From positions 12,772,001 to 12,836,000 of the forward strand of contig CM120641.1 of assembly GCA_051362555.1 (NCBI GenBank): 64,000 nt of DNA, written 5' to 3'. Shown in pieces: positions 52,101 through 59,669 of this stretch (position 1 is the first letter of the stretch; each line of letters starts with the position of its first letter). The notes beneath the pieces are model-generated. The model saw only the letters and a list, made by a program, of their open reading frames with translations. It searched no databases and had not been told where the DNA came from. The stretch is from Lingula anatina (Eukaryota; Animalia; Brachiopoda). The position numbers were made by a program, and so were the translations under genes.

Positions 52101-55100
52101 AAAAATCATGTTGTTTTGCATTGCTTTTTTTAAATTAAAAATTTATTATACATAATATTATTTAGGCCTAATGTTAAAAATTTGCCCCTTTCACTTTATT
52201 TTGTTGTATGTTTACATGCGTTTATGAAATTTGGGCCTTTATTTCTTATAGCCTATAGTTTTTAGTTTCTTACTTTCTTAATGTTGTATTTCAAATAGAA
52301 TTTCTTTCAGATAATGTAAGTTCGTGATTTGTTTTACATAAATTAAGTTCAATTTGCTTTTCCGTAAAACTTGTTTATTAGGCTTTTTGTTACTCTTATA
52401 CAATCAGTGCTTTCTTACCTTCTTTCCCTTTGTTGTTACTGTAACGCACATAAAACTCATTTTACTGTGTTGATAATTCGTCGCTCATTCCTTATGTTGT
52501 TAATACAACATCTCACTTATTCCATTGTACTAAGTCTTATTGTACTAAGTCTTTACTTATTTCCAATATTGTTGCTGTAACTCGTGTATTAGTTCTACCT
52601 AGCTTTGTATTTCTAATGCGAACGTTTCATTATATCTCCTTGTTCATTTTTTCTTAATGTTTATATATCTTATCCTACGGTGTAATTAACAGACGCTATG
52701 TTTCAGGTGTTAGTCCGACTGCTCTCCTCAACCAGGCGCTGGCTAGTCATGGCGATGGCAGGAGTATTTAGAAACATGTTGCTAAGCGCTTTATTTACTG
52801 TCTTTGTTGTCTAGGTGACGGCACAGCAACAGTGTCAGAATCACAAAGCACAGAATCTCTACCCGATCTACCGATACTATCCACACTGCGTGGTAAATAT
52901 TTTAGGGGTGTTTGCGTAATGGCTCTAGTATGACGCTTGTCCTTCGGGATTTATCCCTAAAAATTAAGTAGCCTAATTTTGGTCATTTTGTGTATGTAAA
53001 GGACATTACGCAGAAAGAGCAGGTCTGTCCCTCAATCTAAAGAATTTGCGTTTAAGCAGCATCAGAACAACTTATTTGACGCAAACTGCTGCAAGCTAGA
53101 AGTGCTCCACGGGTGTCCATCTTTTTGGTATGGGCATACAGCATACGAGATATTGTTATTGAATAAAACGCTTGGGACTGATCTGCTTTGTTATTGCGCA
53201 AACAAATTTGATGATGCCATTACACAAACACACCAACCTCGTTTTTTAGATCTGACGTGTTATTAAAACACCCTTGAGTGGGCTGAACTCAAGAATGTGT
53301 TTCTGACCTTGTAAACACAAAGAGTCATGTAGCCATGTGTGCAACGATTGTGCTTCTCAGATGCCTTATTTGCATTTGTTCTGTGTGTCATATTTTCTTT
53401 TAAGTTCTTTTTGACAGCACGTGCCCTCTCTATTTCTCCTTTTTACTTGCATTACCGTGTAAAGTTATATCTTCTCAAAAAATAAAACTAAAAAATATTT
53501 TGATTTTAAGGTGTTAACTAAGAACGATGCATGTCACCTTGATAACATAAATGATATGGATTTAGTAAGATAAAAAGGAACCCACTGTATTTCTATTTTG
53601 TGTTATTTTAATTTTGTTGGGGCATGAACATGAACAGAAATACAAAAAAAAACGCTTTACTATGGCTATAACCGTCTGGCTGACAATATCTTTTTCACCT
53701 CAACAGTAACCTTACAATTACTGAACCTGAGTTGTTAAACTTGTGATGAAAAAATTATACTTAAAAAGGCAATTTGTTGTCTTTCACCACATTTATTCGG
53801 TTTATTACTCCTTCGTTGTCCTGAGCTCCCCCCCCCCCCCCCAACTCGAACACACACAGTTCCATTGCCCTGCACATCTGCGTCACCTATCGAACCGCCG
53901 AAATATTTCATGTACTCCAACAGTTTGGTTTTTTAATTCACCAATCCAATTTCTGGCACCACCGACTATTAAGACGATTTGCAATATTTCCTAGATTTAT
54001 CAGCCCCCCATTGCACAATAGGAAAACCACCCTTATGTCCAAATATTCATATTTCAGTCTTAAAACGACAAGACAAGCAGACTGCAGTAGAAACAATGCC
54101 CAGTTTCCAACCGACAGGACATGTGGTTTGGTGTTTTCATCACTGCTTTTTCGAAGATATTTCCTTGCTGATTTTATTAACATTGCTCGGGCGTTGCTTT
54201 TGAGCTTCAGTGCGGCACTTCTCATTTAGTACTTACTTTACACGTTAAACGAAGCTTTACACGTACTTCTGACATTTCAGATGTCCCAGATCGTCCAGGT
54301 CGTCCCGCGGTGTCCCAGGTGTCTGGGACGGAGGTTTTCCTCATTTGGGACGCTCCCAAATTTGACGGGAATACGCATATCATTGCCTATAAAGTTGACT
54401 ACAGACGTGAAGGTGGGTGATGTTCAGAACTTCTTTTGGTTGTTGGGGGAAAACCAAGAGGAAGCGCGTATGCCTTCGTTAACATATAATTGCTCTGAAT
54501 ATTGTAAATATTTAGAAATATGAAGAAAATATCTGTAGATGCAATTAAAACGTCACTCAACAATCTTAACTTATTTCTTAATTAAAAAGATAGTCAAAAA
54601 CGAGACAGAAGTGTTTGACTTTGTTCAGGATACTAGCCGTATAAATGAGGTAATTAAATTAAGATCATTCGAATCAACAATGCCATTAAAGACAGAACAC
54701 TTCACCAATGTCAAGCCAAAAGGAGTTTGCTCTGAAACAGTTATAGGGTTATTTTAATCCACCAATATACCACGAATAATTTATAACTCCTATTTCGTCA
54801 ACGCAACGTCTTTAATCTCACAGGAGAGGAGCGCTGGACGACGGCGTCGTACACCATTGACGAGTGCGCCCTGGTCACAGATTTGAGCCCGGAAACAGAA
54901 TACCGCTTTCGGGTATCTTGTCTGAACAGATTTGGGGTCAGCCCGTACAGCTGGTCATCGCAGGAAGTGACCACGAAGTCGGCAGGTAAACGCCACTGTG
55001 TTTATTCTTTCCCAGAGACCAATGTGTAAATGTGTAGATGGTTCCTGTTTCACCATAGACCTTAAAACCGAACGTTGATCTAAAATGTTAGGAATGATTT

Positions 55101-56615
55101 TTAGTCTACTTTTAAGCAAGCCAAATCAGAAGTAATCCAACGAAATGCAAACGCGTATGTTTTCGTTGAAATGTATTATAGTTAGGTTGTAGCATTTTTG
55201 CGAAAGGTGCGCCAATAAAATTTTACTAATTTTTTAACTAGAAAGCTGAAATACGAAAAATTAATTATTTTTCATTCATTACAAAAGCCTTCTAGCACGT
55301 CATAGACATTGCTACATTTAAGAATAGGCATTTTTATTGCTGTTCAAAACAAACCACACTCACCTGCCTTTTCTTAAACCCGAACAAAGTTGAATGATTA
55401 TTGAACATCTCTAATATACCACATTGTATATCAAGGTGAAGCGCCTCTGAGTAGAGAGAAAATGCGTCAGTGCAAGAAGATTGACATTCAGGGTGATGCT
55501 GACCTGTCCCCTGAGCTGCGTGACTTCGAGTCTGCTCGGGAGAGAGGAGAGGTGCCCCTGATTGAACGGAACCCAGCTGAGGACTACGAGTTTGCTGGGG
55601 AATTATGGAGGTTTGTGACTAATGTTAAGGCCTGTAAAGTTAAAGAAGACAGTGAAAATGTTATTGACAAGGAATTAAATGAATTGGTTGTTTTTAAAAC
55701 AAATCGCATTTATTCTGAGTGATACAGACGCATAATATGGCTTGAGAATCAATACCCTGTGAAACATTGCTTAAGGTTTTTTAATTTATGAAAAGCGAAT
55801 TGATATCTTTTTTTTTTTTAATTTTGTAGAGGCAATTTCTCCGTGGTTCGAAGCTGCGGCAGGAAAGACATGCCGGCGACTCTTGCCGCCAAAATAATTG
55901 CTTTCACACCAAGCAACCGCAGCCAGGTTCTCCACGAGTTCGAAATTCTGAAGACGCTGAATCAGGAGCGAATTGTGAGACTCCACGAAGCCTTCACCAC
56001 GCCCGACCATCTCATCCTCATCATGGACAGGCTGTACGGAGAAAATATCCTGCAGTTCCTGAGCTACAAGAATAAGTATACAGAGGAGACCGTGGCTAAA
56101 GTCATGAGACAGGTAAGTAGTTAAGATGATTAAAATGCGTTTTAAAGACTTTTTAAGAGTCTTCTTAAAAGGGCAGTTAGAAGCACAGGCAAAATGCTGT
56201 TATGGTCTAGACCTACTAACTTTTTTCGTCAAGTTTTTTTAGATTAACTTCATTCACTGATAGGCCTATGCTTTAAGATTTTTTTTACATTTTCTATGTT
56301 TTGAGGAATCATTTTGCATTTCTGATGGAATTTTTGGGTGTATCAGCTGATGATCAATTTCTATATAATAACATCATTGAACTTCGGTATATTTAAGGTT
56401 ATCGATGCTGTGCAATACCTCCACCATCAAGGCGTCGTGCATTTGAACATACAGCCAGACAACGTGATGATGGCGAGCAGACGTCGACTTGACGTCAGGC
56501 TCGGTGATTTTGGGTGCGCGCGCATCATAACTGACCCCATGGGAGAAAAGATGACACAAGTTGGAGCGCCAGAGTTCATGAGTAAGATGGTTGTGGAAAG
56601 TTTAATATATATAAG

Positions 56616-56663
<48 letters not shown>

Positions 56664-58446
56664 TGCATTTACTGAACTCCGGTATTTGTAAAACGCGCGG
56701 AATAAATGTTTGGTCGCTGCTACTAAATATGTGCTGAATTCCATCGTTCTCAAAATTCATTGTCGATCATGGGACTGTTATTCGGTTACTGGTGTTAAGT
56801 ATTTTAATAAAGAACGTGCAAAATATTTTAATTTGACTCTCTAGATACCAAATACTAAGTGTGTGTGTGTCTGATAACTTTTAGGTCCAGAAATGGCATG
56901 TGGAGAAAAGGTCGGATTCCCGTCTGACGTCTGGCAAGTTGGCGTATTGGCGTTTATTCTGTAAGTATTCATTATATGTTCATAAGAATATTAACCAAAT
57001 ATGTAGAAACGAAGTGCAGTTATTTTTGTTGGACTTATATTGTCCGGGTGATTAAAGAAATACCCTAAATTTCAGGTTTTATTTGTAGCATTATGATATT
57101 TATAACCAGCTGGTGTTCAGTACACTGCTCTGAATATCAGGGTGTAAAAAAACTAAAATTGATTGTGCCTAACTTACATGAAATGTTTCTAGATTTCTGT
57201 GATCATTTTATTATCCAGCCTAAGTGGAGAGTCTCCATTCCTCGGAGAAAACGACGAAAAAACACTAGAGAATACGAGGTCTGTACGTTACGATTCTCAC
57301 AGCCTCTACGAGAATATCACTAAGGATGCCTTCAAGTATATACAAGAGACTTTAAAGCGAGAGCCAAGGTAAATCATTTGATGGTTTACAATATATATAA
57401 TGGAAGAAATCGGTCTCAGAGGTTTAAAAAGTCTGTAGTTACTAGTCAACAGCTTTTCACAATTATGCTCCATTGCCCCTCTTTTCTTCTCAGTTGCAGT
57501 TACCTGGTTAGTGGCATTCATTAATTTCATTACCAGTGTTGAGACGATAGTCCAATTTTGTTCTTACGTGTATGGGGGGGGGGGGTACCCAGTGTATAAG
57601 CACATAAATTGTAATGATGTTTTCATTTAAGTATAATGACAAACATTAGGGCCATTTCCATTGGAGATGGGTAGAACTAACTTAGCCCTAGATTACATTT
57701 ACCACGTATACGATTTTCCGTGCTATTTTATATTTTTTATTCTATTATTATCTATTATATTTATCATTATTCTTATTATTATTGACACTGCAAGTGGCTA
57801 AAGCGAACGGAAAATGTTGGAAAATAATCGTTCGACGGTGTTTTATAATTTAATTTTTAGTTTACTTATATAACACACGTGCAAACTGAGGATTAAGTAA
57901 ATGCATTCAGGTATTGCCAAAAATGAACTCCCTGCACACCACTATTACGCCAATTATCAAATTAAACAAAAGTTTAGTTCATTTCGTCAGAGCTACGATT
58001 ATTCTATAACTTTTGGCTTTTCCCTTCTCAGTCACCGCCTGACAGCAGACGAGCTGCACGAGCATCCGTGGCTACAACTGACCGAAGCCATGGTCAAGAA
58101 GCGAGAAGCTGCACGTTTCGTCACCAACAAACTTCGACAGTTCGCAGATGAATATGGAAAGAGACGCCAGGCTGACGCCACCAAGTCTGAGAAACTTATC
58201 AACGCTTTCGGCCCGCCGGCTGGTGCTGCTGCGGTAGACTCCGACTCCGATGGGGAATTCACCCCAAAGTCCCCCATAGCTGTCAGGAAGACGAGTGATC
58301 AGACACAAAGACAGAGACACACCGAGAAACAGCTAGTGCTCCCCGAACCCAAGGGTGACAGCGACAGTGGAATAACCACTCAAGATTCCGATACAAGTTC
58401 TGTCGACGGACGTCCCATACCAAAAATGACTAAAAGACACAGATAA
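4087..58446 (+). CDS. unc-89: Obscurin/UNC-89-like giant muscle protein (5' incomplete; about 66 coding exons, about 4,500 aa in window)
   Basis: Frame-continuous exon chain encoding Ig, 2xSH3, DH, PH, Ig, FN3 and two CAMK/MLCK-type kinase domains. SH3-DH-PH plus dual kinase is diagnostic of obscurin/UNC-89. Confidence 0.92.
4544..4580. promoter_or_regulatory. Candidate internal promoter elements: palindromic E-box GTCACGTGAC and ETS-like ACTTCCG
   Basis: Motifs lie in a CpG-rich patch just before the CpG-depleted domain, with a gtaagt donor at 4594. Confidence 0.3.
4605..4647. repeat. Mini inverted-repeat element CTTGGACATAATAA...TTATTATGTCCAAG (related copy at 59611-59635)
   Basis: 15-bp perfect inverted repeat; the same termini recur at 59611. 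Confidence 0.6.
4886..4980 (+). CDS. unc-89: Obscurin exon: Ig N-half (APEFIKQPLSQKIIEAEKVRFSCLVQG)
   Basis: tacag acceptor, G|gtaagg donor, phases 2/1. Confidence 0.9.
5241..5438 (+). CDS. unc-89: Obscurin exon: Ig C-half
   Basis: GKPEPTVTWFKDG...DGGEYTCTANNSAG; A|gtaagt donor. Confidence 0.92.
6152..6225 (+). CDS. unc-89: Obscurin linker exon
   Basis: ctccag acceptor, GAT|gtaagg donor, phases 1/0. Confidence 0.8.
6331..6556 (+). mobile_element. MITE copy 1 (~225 bp, PIF/Harbinger-like)
   Basis: Imperfect TIR containing AGATCGATCT; TTA on both flanks; three more copies in the window. Confidence 0.85.
6793..6939 (+). CDS. unc-89: Obscurin exon: SH3 domain 1
   Basis: YALIKNY...IAFREGEIVQVLDALNPDSWLVR; CAG|gtgagc donor. 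Confidence 0.88.
7286..7367 (+). CDS. unc-89: Obscurin exon: end of SH3 1 (VTYIPSEFL)
   Basis: tctag acceptor, G|gtaggg donor. Confidence 0.85.
11006..11106 (+). CDS. unc-89: Obscurin linker exon
   Basis: ctccag acceptor, GAG|gtgaga donor, phases 1/0. Confidence 0.8.
11452..11747 (+). CDS. unc-89: Obscurin exon: SH3 domain 2
   Basis: YVAVADY...LTEGQFVEVLDKKNPEWWLVR...GWVPASRL. Confidence 0.92.
12040..12210 (+). CDS. unc-89: Obscurin exon: DH (RhoGEF) part 1
   Basis: YALKELLESEHDY...LIFANLEDIMQFH. Confidence 0.92.
12600..12762 (+). CDS. unc-89: Obscurin exon: DH part 2
   Basis: TFLPQIMAC...YIPYLKN; AAA|gtaagc donor. Confidence 0.88.
12948..13043 (+). CDS. unc-89: Obscurin exon: DH part 3
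   Basis: LPELLKKPKQRLQQYQ (CR3-like). Confidence 0.88.
13223..13387 (+). CDS. unc-89: Obscurin exon: DH end and PH start
   Basis: DFIRYT...IEGYPGDLADLG. Confidence 0.88.
13694..13783. repeat. Two-copy ~44-bp tandem duplication
   Basis: aacattagtaYgatgYtgaattgaagatRagaatggggagaaaa x2. Confidence 0.8.
13813..13962 (+). CDS. unc-89: Obscurin exon: PH part
   Basis: GKDRHIFLFPDKLLITKK...YIYK. Confidence 0.9.
14159..14238. repeat. (GT)n(GA)n compound microsatellite
   Basis: Direct reading. Confidence 0.95.
14270..14429 (+). CDS. unc-89: Obscurin exon: PH end
   Basis: GDDRRFELW...KKQAWLKDLRELL. Confidence 0.9.
14447..14614. mobile_element. Small TIR element (MITE)
   Basis: CAGGGGCGGATCC...AATCCGCCTCTG inverted ends with AATTA on both flanks. 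Confidence 0.7.
15053..15211 (+). CDS. unc-89: Obscurin K/P/E-rich linker exon
   Basis: ttacag acceptor, G|gtgagg donor, phase 1/1. Confidence 0.85.
16335..16512 (+). CDS. unc-89: Obscurin exon: Ig N-half
   Basis: PKFKKAPFD...EGDQVKFEIQVTGNPEPEITW. Confidence 0.9.
16855..17033 (+). CDS. unc-89: Obscurin exon: Ig C-half
   Basis: DAGLYYCRAKNYVG. Confidence 0.9.
17294..17757 (+). CDS. unc-89: Obscurin exon: one Ig plus N-half of the next
   Basis: DSGVYTCKITNKLG; PMFTAKFKD...KGSPAPEVTWY. Confidence 0.92.
18007..18287 (+). CDS. unc-89: Obscurin exon: Ig C-half plus Ig N-half
   Basis: DEGEYTCKAVNTAG; GDPEPDVQW. Confidence 0.9.
18706..18878 (+). CDS. unc-89: Obscurin exon: Ig C-half
   Basis: DAGEYTCTAANPGG. 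Confidence 0.9.
19047..19151 (+). CDS. unc-89: Obscurin linker exon (possible alternative donor after 19085)
   Basis: ttacag acceptor, G|gtgaga donor, phase 1/1. Confidence 0.8.
19390..19770 (+). CDS. unc-89: Obscurin acidic E/T/K/S-rich exon
   Basis: Open frame, caaaag acceptor, G|gtaaca donor, phase 1/1. Confidence 0.75.
20147..20452 (+). CDS. unc-89: FN3 repeat 1
   Basis: SLTLTW...LKPEKDYVFRVRAENQYGRSKPS. Confidence 0.9.
20888..21004 (+). CDS. unc-89: Spacer exon (NAGNAG acceptor 20888/20891)
   Basis: G|gtaagg donor, phase 1/1, open frame. Confidence 0.75.
21223..21684 (+). CDS. unc-89: FN3 repeat 2 with ~50-aa internal insertion
   Basis: SIKLAW...[insert]...LTPERDYMLRVRVEDEKGLSEPS. 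Confidence 0.9.
22022..22351 (+). CDS. unc-89: FN3 repeat 3
   Basis: LKPDKDYAFRVRAVNDYGISEP. Confidence 0.92.
22812..23132 (+). CDS. unc-89: FN3 repeat 4
   Basis: YRVRADGPYGPGEPS. Confidence 0.9.
23475..25058 (+). CDS. unc-89: FN3 repeat 5 plus long P/S/R-rich disordered region with RRxS repeats
   Basis: 1584-nt phase 1/1 exon; YYFRVRAENDYGISEPS. Confidence 0.9.
25373..25429 (+). CDS. unc-89: Small cassette-type exon (GAGHDFDTSMPTRRAMGDM)
   Basis: tttag acceptor, G|gtaagt donor, 57 nt phase 1/1. Confidence 0.65.
26011..26370 (+). CDS. unc-89: FN3 repeat 6
   Basis: LRPDQDYLFRVRAQNDYGVSEPS. Confidence 0.92.
26814..27113 (+). CDS. unc-89: FN3 repeat 7
   Basis: LDPEKDYMFRVIPVNEYGPGEPS. Confidence 0.92.
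27417..27470 (+). CDS. unc-89: Small spacer exon
   Basis: cttcag acceptor, G|gtaggt donor, 54 nt phase 1/1. Confidence 0.7.
28355..28600 (+). CDS. unc-89: S/P-rich spacer exon
   Basis: ccttcag acceptor, G|gtaagg donor, 246 nt phase 1/1. Confidence 0.8.
29226..29531 (+). CDS. unc-89: FN3 repeat 8
   Basis: LDKNKDYILRVRPENEFGIGEP. Confidence 0.88.
29952..29990 (+). CDS. unc-89: Micro-exon (DKEDYGLYYKPRK)
   Basis: Pyrimidine tract + cacag acceptor, G|gtaagt donor, 39 nt phase 1/1. Confidence 0.7.
30394..30699 (+). CDS. unc-89: FN3 repeat 9
   Basis: AELSW...LRPDKEYLYRIIAETERGVSEP. Confidence 0.9.
31684..31779 (+). CDS. unc-89: Small exon array 1/12
   Basis: 96 nt phase 1/1, YSPRSRSYSPT. Confidence 0.75.
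32117..32404 (+). CDS. unc-89: Small exon array 2/12: RSYSPTG heptad repeats
   Basis: 288 nt phase 1/1; 21-bp DNA repeats. Confidence 0.8.
32709..32756 (+). CDS. unc-89: Small exon array 3/12
   Basis: 48 nt phase 1/1, DYERSYTPSPLASGRR. Confidence 0.7.
33197..33247 (+). CDS. unc-89: Small exon array 4/12
   Basis: 51 nt phase 1/1, T|gtaaga donor. Confidence 0.6.
33566..33628 (+). CDS. unc-89: Small exon array 5/12
   Basis: 63 nt phase 1/1, HYTPPTKPP. Confidence 0.7.
34397..34462 (+). CDS. unc-89: Small exon array 6/12
   Basis: 66 nt phase 1/1 (possible inner acceptor at 34418). Confidence 0.65.
35398..35433 (+). CDS. unc-89: Small exon array 7/12
   Basis: 36 nt phase 1/1, EYTPSSSRHRRR. Confidence 0.65.
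35793..35846 (+). CDS. unc-89: Small exon array 8/12
   Basis: 54 nt phase 1/1. Confidence 0.65.
36166..36231 (+). CDS. unc-89: Small exon array 9/12
   Basis: 66 nt phase 1/1, DYSPSTYTP; G|gtgagt donor. Confidence 0.72.
36419..36472 (+). CDS. unc-89: Small exon array 10/12
   Basis: 54 nt phase 1/1, DFSPTPPPSSRKTKSRSR. Confidence 0.7.
36722..36787. repeat. Poly-T followed by (GT)n microsatellite
   Basis: Direct reading. Confidence 0.9.
37073..37126 (+). CDS. unc-89: Small exon array 11/12
   Basis: 54 nt phase 1/1, DYTPTE; G|gtaaga donor. Confidence 0.72.
37466..37519 (+). CDS. unc-89: Small exon array 12/12
   Basis: 54 nt phase 1/1, C|gtaagg donor. Confidence 0.72.
37725..37769. repeat. 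(CA)n microsatellite
   Basis: Direct reading. Confidence 0.95.
37815..38099 (+). CDS. unc-89: Obscurin Ig exon
   Basis: AYPPPKIRWYKG...DVGDYKIWAQNDLG. Confidence 0.9.
38258..38482 (-). mobile_element. MITE copy 2
   Basis: Reverse complement of 6331-6556; flanks TAA/TTA. Confidence 0.85.
38768..39049 (+). CDS. unc-89: Obscurin Ig exon preceding kinase 1
   Basis: GIPYPDVKWMKDW...DGGLYTCVAENLAG. Confidence 0.92.
39344..39422 (+). CDS. unc-89: Kinase 1 exon a (YHILEELGR)
   Basis: ttcaag acceptor, AG|gtagat donor. Confidence 0.88.
39869..40072 (+). CDS. unc-89: Kinase 1 exon b (N-lobe)
   Basis: GSCGIV...YAAK...LVMVSDL; ends at U12-type donor GTATCTTT. Confidence 0.88.
40957..41173 (-). mobile_element. 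MITE copy 3
   Basis: Same family; TIR gacagcattcccacagattt / aaatctgtgggaacccagtc; flanks TTA/TAA. Confidence 0.85.
42200..42270 (+). promoter_or_regulatory. Candidate internal promoter (CRE-like GACGTCA, TATAAATA at 42234, Inr-like TTATTC at 42261)
   Basis: TATA to Inr spacing is about 29 nt, located near the start of the CpG-rich zone. Confidence 0.4.
42434..42572 (+). CDS. unc-89: Kinase 1 exon c (ATGGELF...HLDLK)
   Basis: Catalytic loop HLDLK; AAG|gtaggt donor. Confidence 0.92.
44458..44487 (+). CDS. Candidate alternative first coding exon (MVNESIFTFK) joining PENILL of kinase 1
   Basis: ccaATGG start, in-frame upstream stop at 44431, AAA|gtaagt donor in phase 0. Confidence 0.4.
45271..45470 (+). 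CDS. unc-89: Kinase 1 exon d (PEN, DFG, APE)
   Basis: PENILL...IKLIDFG...YGNPEFVAPE...DLWGVG. Confidence 0.93.
46335..46487 (+). CDS. unc-89: Kinase 1 exon e
   Basis: LSGVSPFLG...VSEKAKQFIGDLL. Confidence 0.92.
47953..48076 (+). CDS. unc-89: Kinase 1 end and regulatory tail
   Basis: KRPTLSQCLKHPWI...RRKWQ; CAG|gtgatt donor. Confidence 0.9.
48937..49378 (+). CDS. unc-89: Inter-kinase exon (spliced form)
   Basis: ttctag acceptor in phase 0; GAA G|gtaaaa donor in phase 1 joins 51694. Confidence 0.85.
49379..50439 (+). CDS. Read-through extension: alternative terminal segment ending in a transmembrane helix
   Basis: 354 further open codons ending TLIFIVSLLFGVGFGCLCIFVYKHYLKS*; AATAAA at 51191 and 51254. 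Confidence 0.7.
51694..51999 (+). CDS. unc-89: Ig exon before kinase 2
   Basis: PPIFREKIKD...DSGVYKCVARNKLG. Confidence 0.92.
52815..52892 (+). CDS. Candidate cassette exon (GDGTATVSESQSTESLPDLPILSTLR)
   Basis: gttgtctag acceptor, G|gtaaat donor, 78 nt phase 1/1. Confidence 0.45.
54281..54412 (+). CDS. unc-89: FN3 (pre-kinase 2) N-half
   Basis: DVPDRPGRP...LIWDAPKFDGNTHIIAYKVDY. Confidence 0.9.
54824..54985 (+). CDS. unc-89: FN3 (pre-kinase 2) C-half
   Basis: LSPETEYRFRVSCLNRFGVSPYS. Confidence 0.9.
55436..55610 (+). CDS. unc-89: Linker and kinase 2 start
   Basis: DYEFAGELWR; AG|gtttgt donor. Confidence 0.85.
55830..56112 (+). CDS. unc-89: Kinase 2 N-lobe
   Basis: GNFSVV...LAAK...HEFEIL. 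Confidence 0.92.
56398..56581 (+). CDS. unc-89: Kinase 2 catalytic loop (HLNIQPDN, DFG)
   Basis: Direct translation. Confidence 0.92.
56620..56662. repeat. (TA)n microsatellite
   Basis: Direct reading. Confidence 0.95.
56885..56960 (+). CDS. unc-89: Kinase 2 exon (SPEM...DVWQVG)
   Basis: ttttag acceptor, CT|gtaagt donor. Confidence 0.9.
57219..57368 (+). CDS. unc-89: Kinase 2 exon (LSGESPFLG)
   Basis: atccag acceptor, AG|gtaaat donor. Confidence 0.9.
58032..58446 (+). CDS. unc-89: Last coding exon (HPWL plus acidic/Ser tail, stop TAA)
   Basis: HRLTADELHEHPWL; stop at 58444-58446. Confidence 0.9.
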
Positions 58447-59414
58447 AAAGGTAAAGGTGGAGATCTTCCTATTTGTACTTAACCATATCATTTGGCTCCT
58501 ACTGATAAACAGTAATTTTAGGTTGTCGTTGTCTATGATTCAGTTCTACATGTACCTCACCTTAACGACATGTAGATGTTTTTCACGTGTTTCGTCCATA
58601 TTTTCCTTGCCGCACGAATCGGTATGTTTTATGATTCTTTCCTCGTAAAAATAGCATAGTTTCTACGCTTTGTGAAAATGTCTAAGGATTTAATTCTTTT
58701 TTCAGGAGGAAGTGCTGTTCAAAAACTGTAAATAGCTGACCGCTTTCAAATAGGACTGCACCCGAAAACCAAACTCAGCTCTAGATCACGTGGTCTCAAC
58801 AATATTACATCACGAATTTAATATATTAGACCTGGGAAAGTTAAACTAAATCTATCCAGGACTTAATTTATAACTGGATCTGCCTGGGTTTGTCTTACAT
58901 GAAGCATTTGAACTATTGCAATTGTTTTTGGAGTGGTTTGATGATTTTTGAATGATCTTGTATTGGCTACATACATTTGAAGTGCAATAAATTTTGACGA
59001 GGCATTCTTTAGACGTGCAATAAGTGTTGTAAAACTTATCTCTTTTTTTTTTAATATAGAAACGTCTAGCTTCTAAATTAAATTTTTGTGTATGTACTCT
59101 TTTAAATTGTGCTTTGATTGATTTTTTTTTAATTTTGTGATATTCAACTTTTCTGTTCGTATTACATGTAGTAACTTGTGTAGATGAAAATTAGGGATCA
59201 TATTACGTATATTAGTTACTTTTTTGATAAATGATAAATCAGCATAGCGTGTAGTTTTTTTGGATGCACTCTCATATCACAAACAAAAATTAATTGACAT
59301 GCATGTTACTTTGGCGTCCTTTTGCAGAGAGACCATGTATTAAGCCACCAGCTATTTAGTTAACCTGTTCGATATCTATATAGCTTGTGTGCCAAGAAGT
59401 CCAGCCTGTAGAAT

Positions 59415-59420
59415 AATAAA
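59415..59420 (+). terminator. Candidate polyadenylation signal of obscurin (alternative at 58986)
   Basis: AATAAA followed by a GT/T-rich tract. Confidence 0.5.
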
Positions 59421-59669
59421 GCTTCCAGTCCCTTTTGTCGTCTGTGTTATTTAATTTGAAAATATACAAGCTGGCAAATTGTCCATGGGTATGGTAGCAA
59501 ACATGTTTTTTCCAAACAGGGATTGTTCAATTACAGTTTATCGTTGTCACCTTTTTTTGGCACAATCCACCATTTATTGCGATACTCAGTGCCAACTGAT
59601 ACGCCTACAGCTTGGACATAATAAATATGTCCAAGGTCCACATTTTTCCAGACAACCTTTTTTTGTGAT

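Noticed and set aside
53995-54203. Possible phase-1 exon DLSAPHCT...
   Set aside because: No convincing phase-1 donor; runs to a stop without a recognisable motif
4087-58446. Identification as twitchin, titin or Trio/kalirin
   Set aside because: Twitchin and titin lack DH-PH and have one kinase. Trio/kalirin have spectrin repeats, two GEF units and one kinase.
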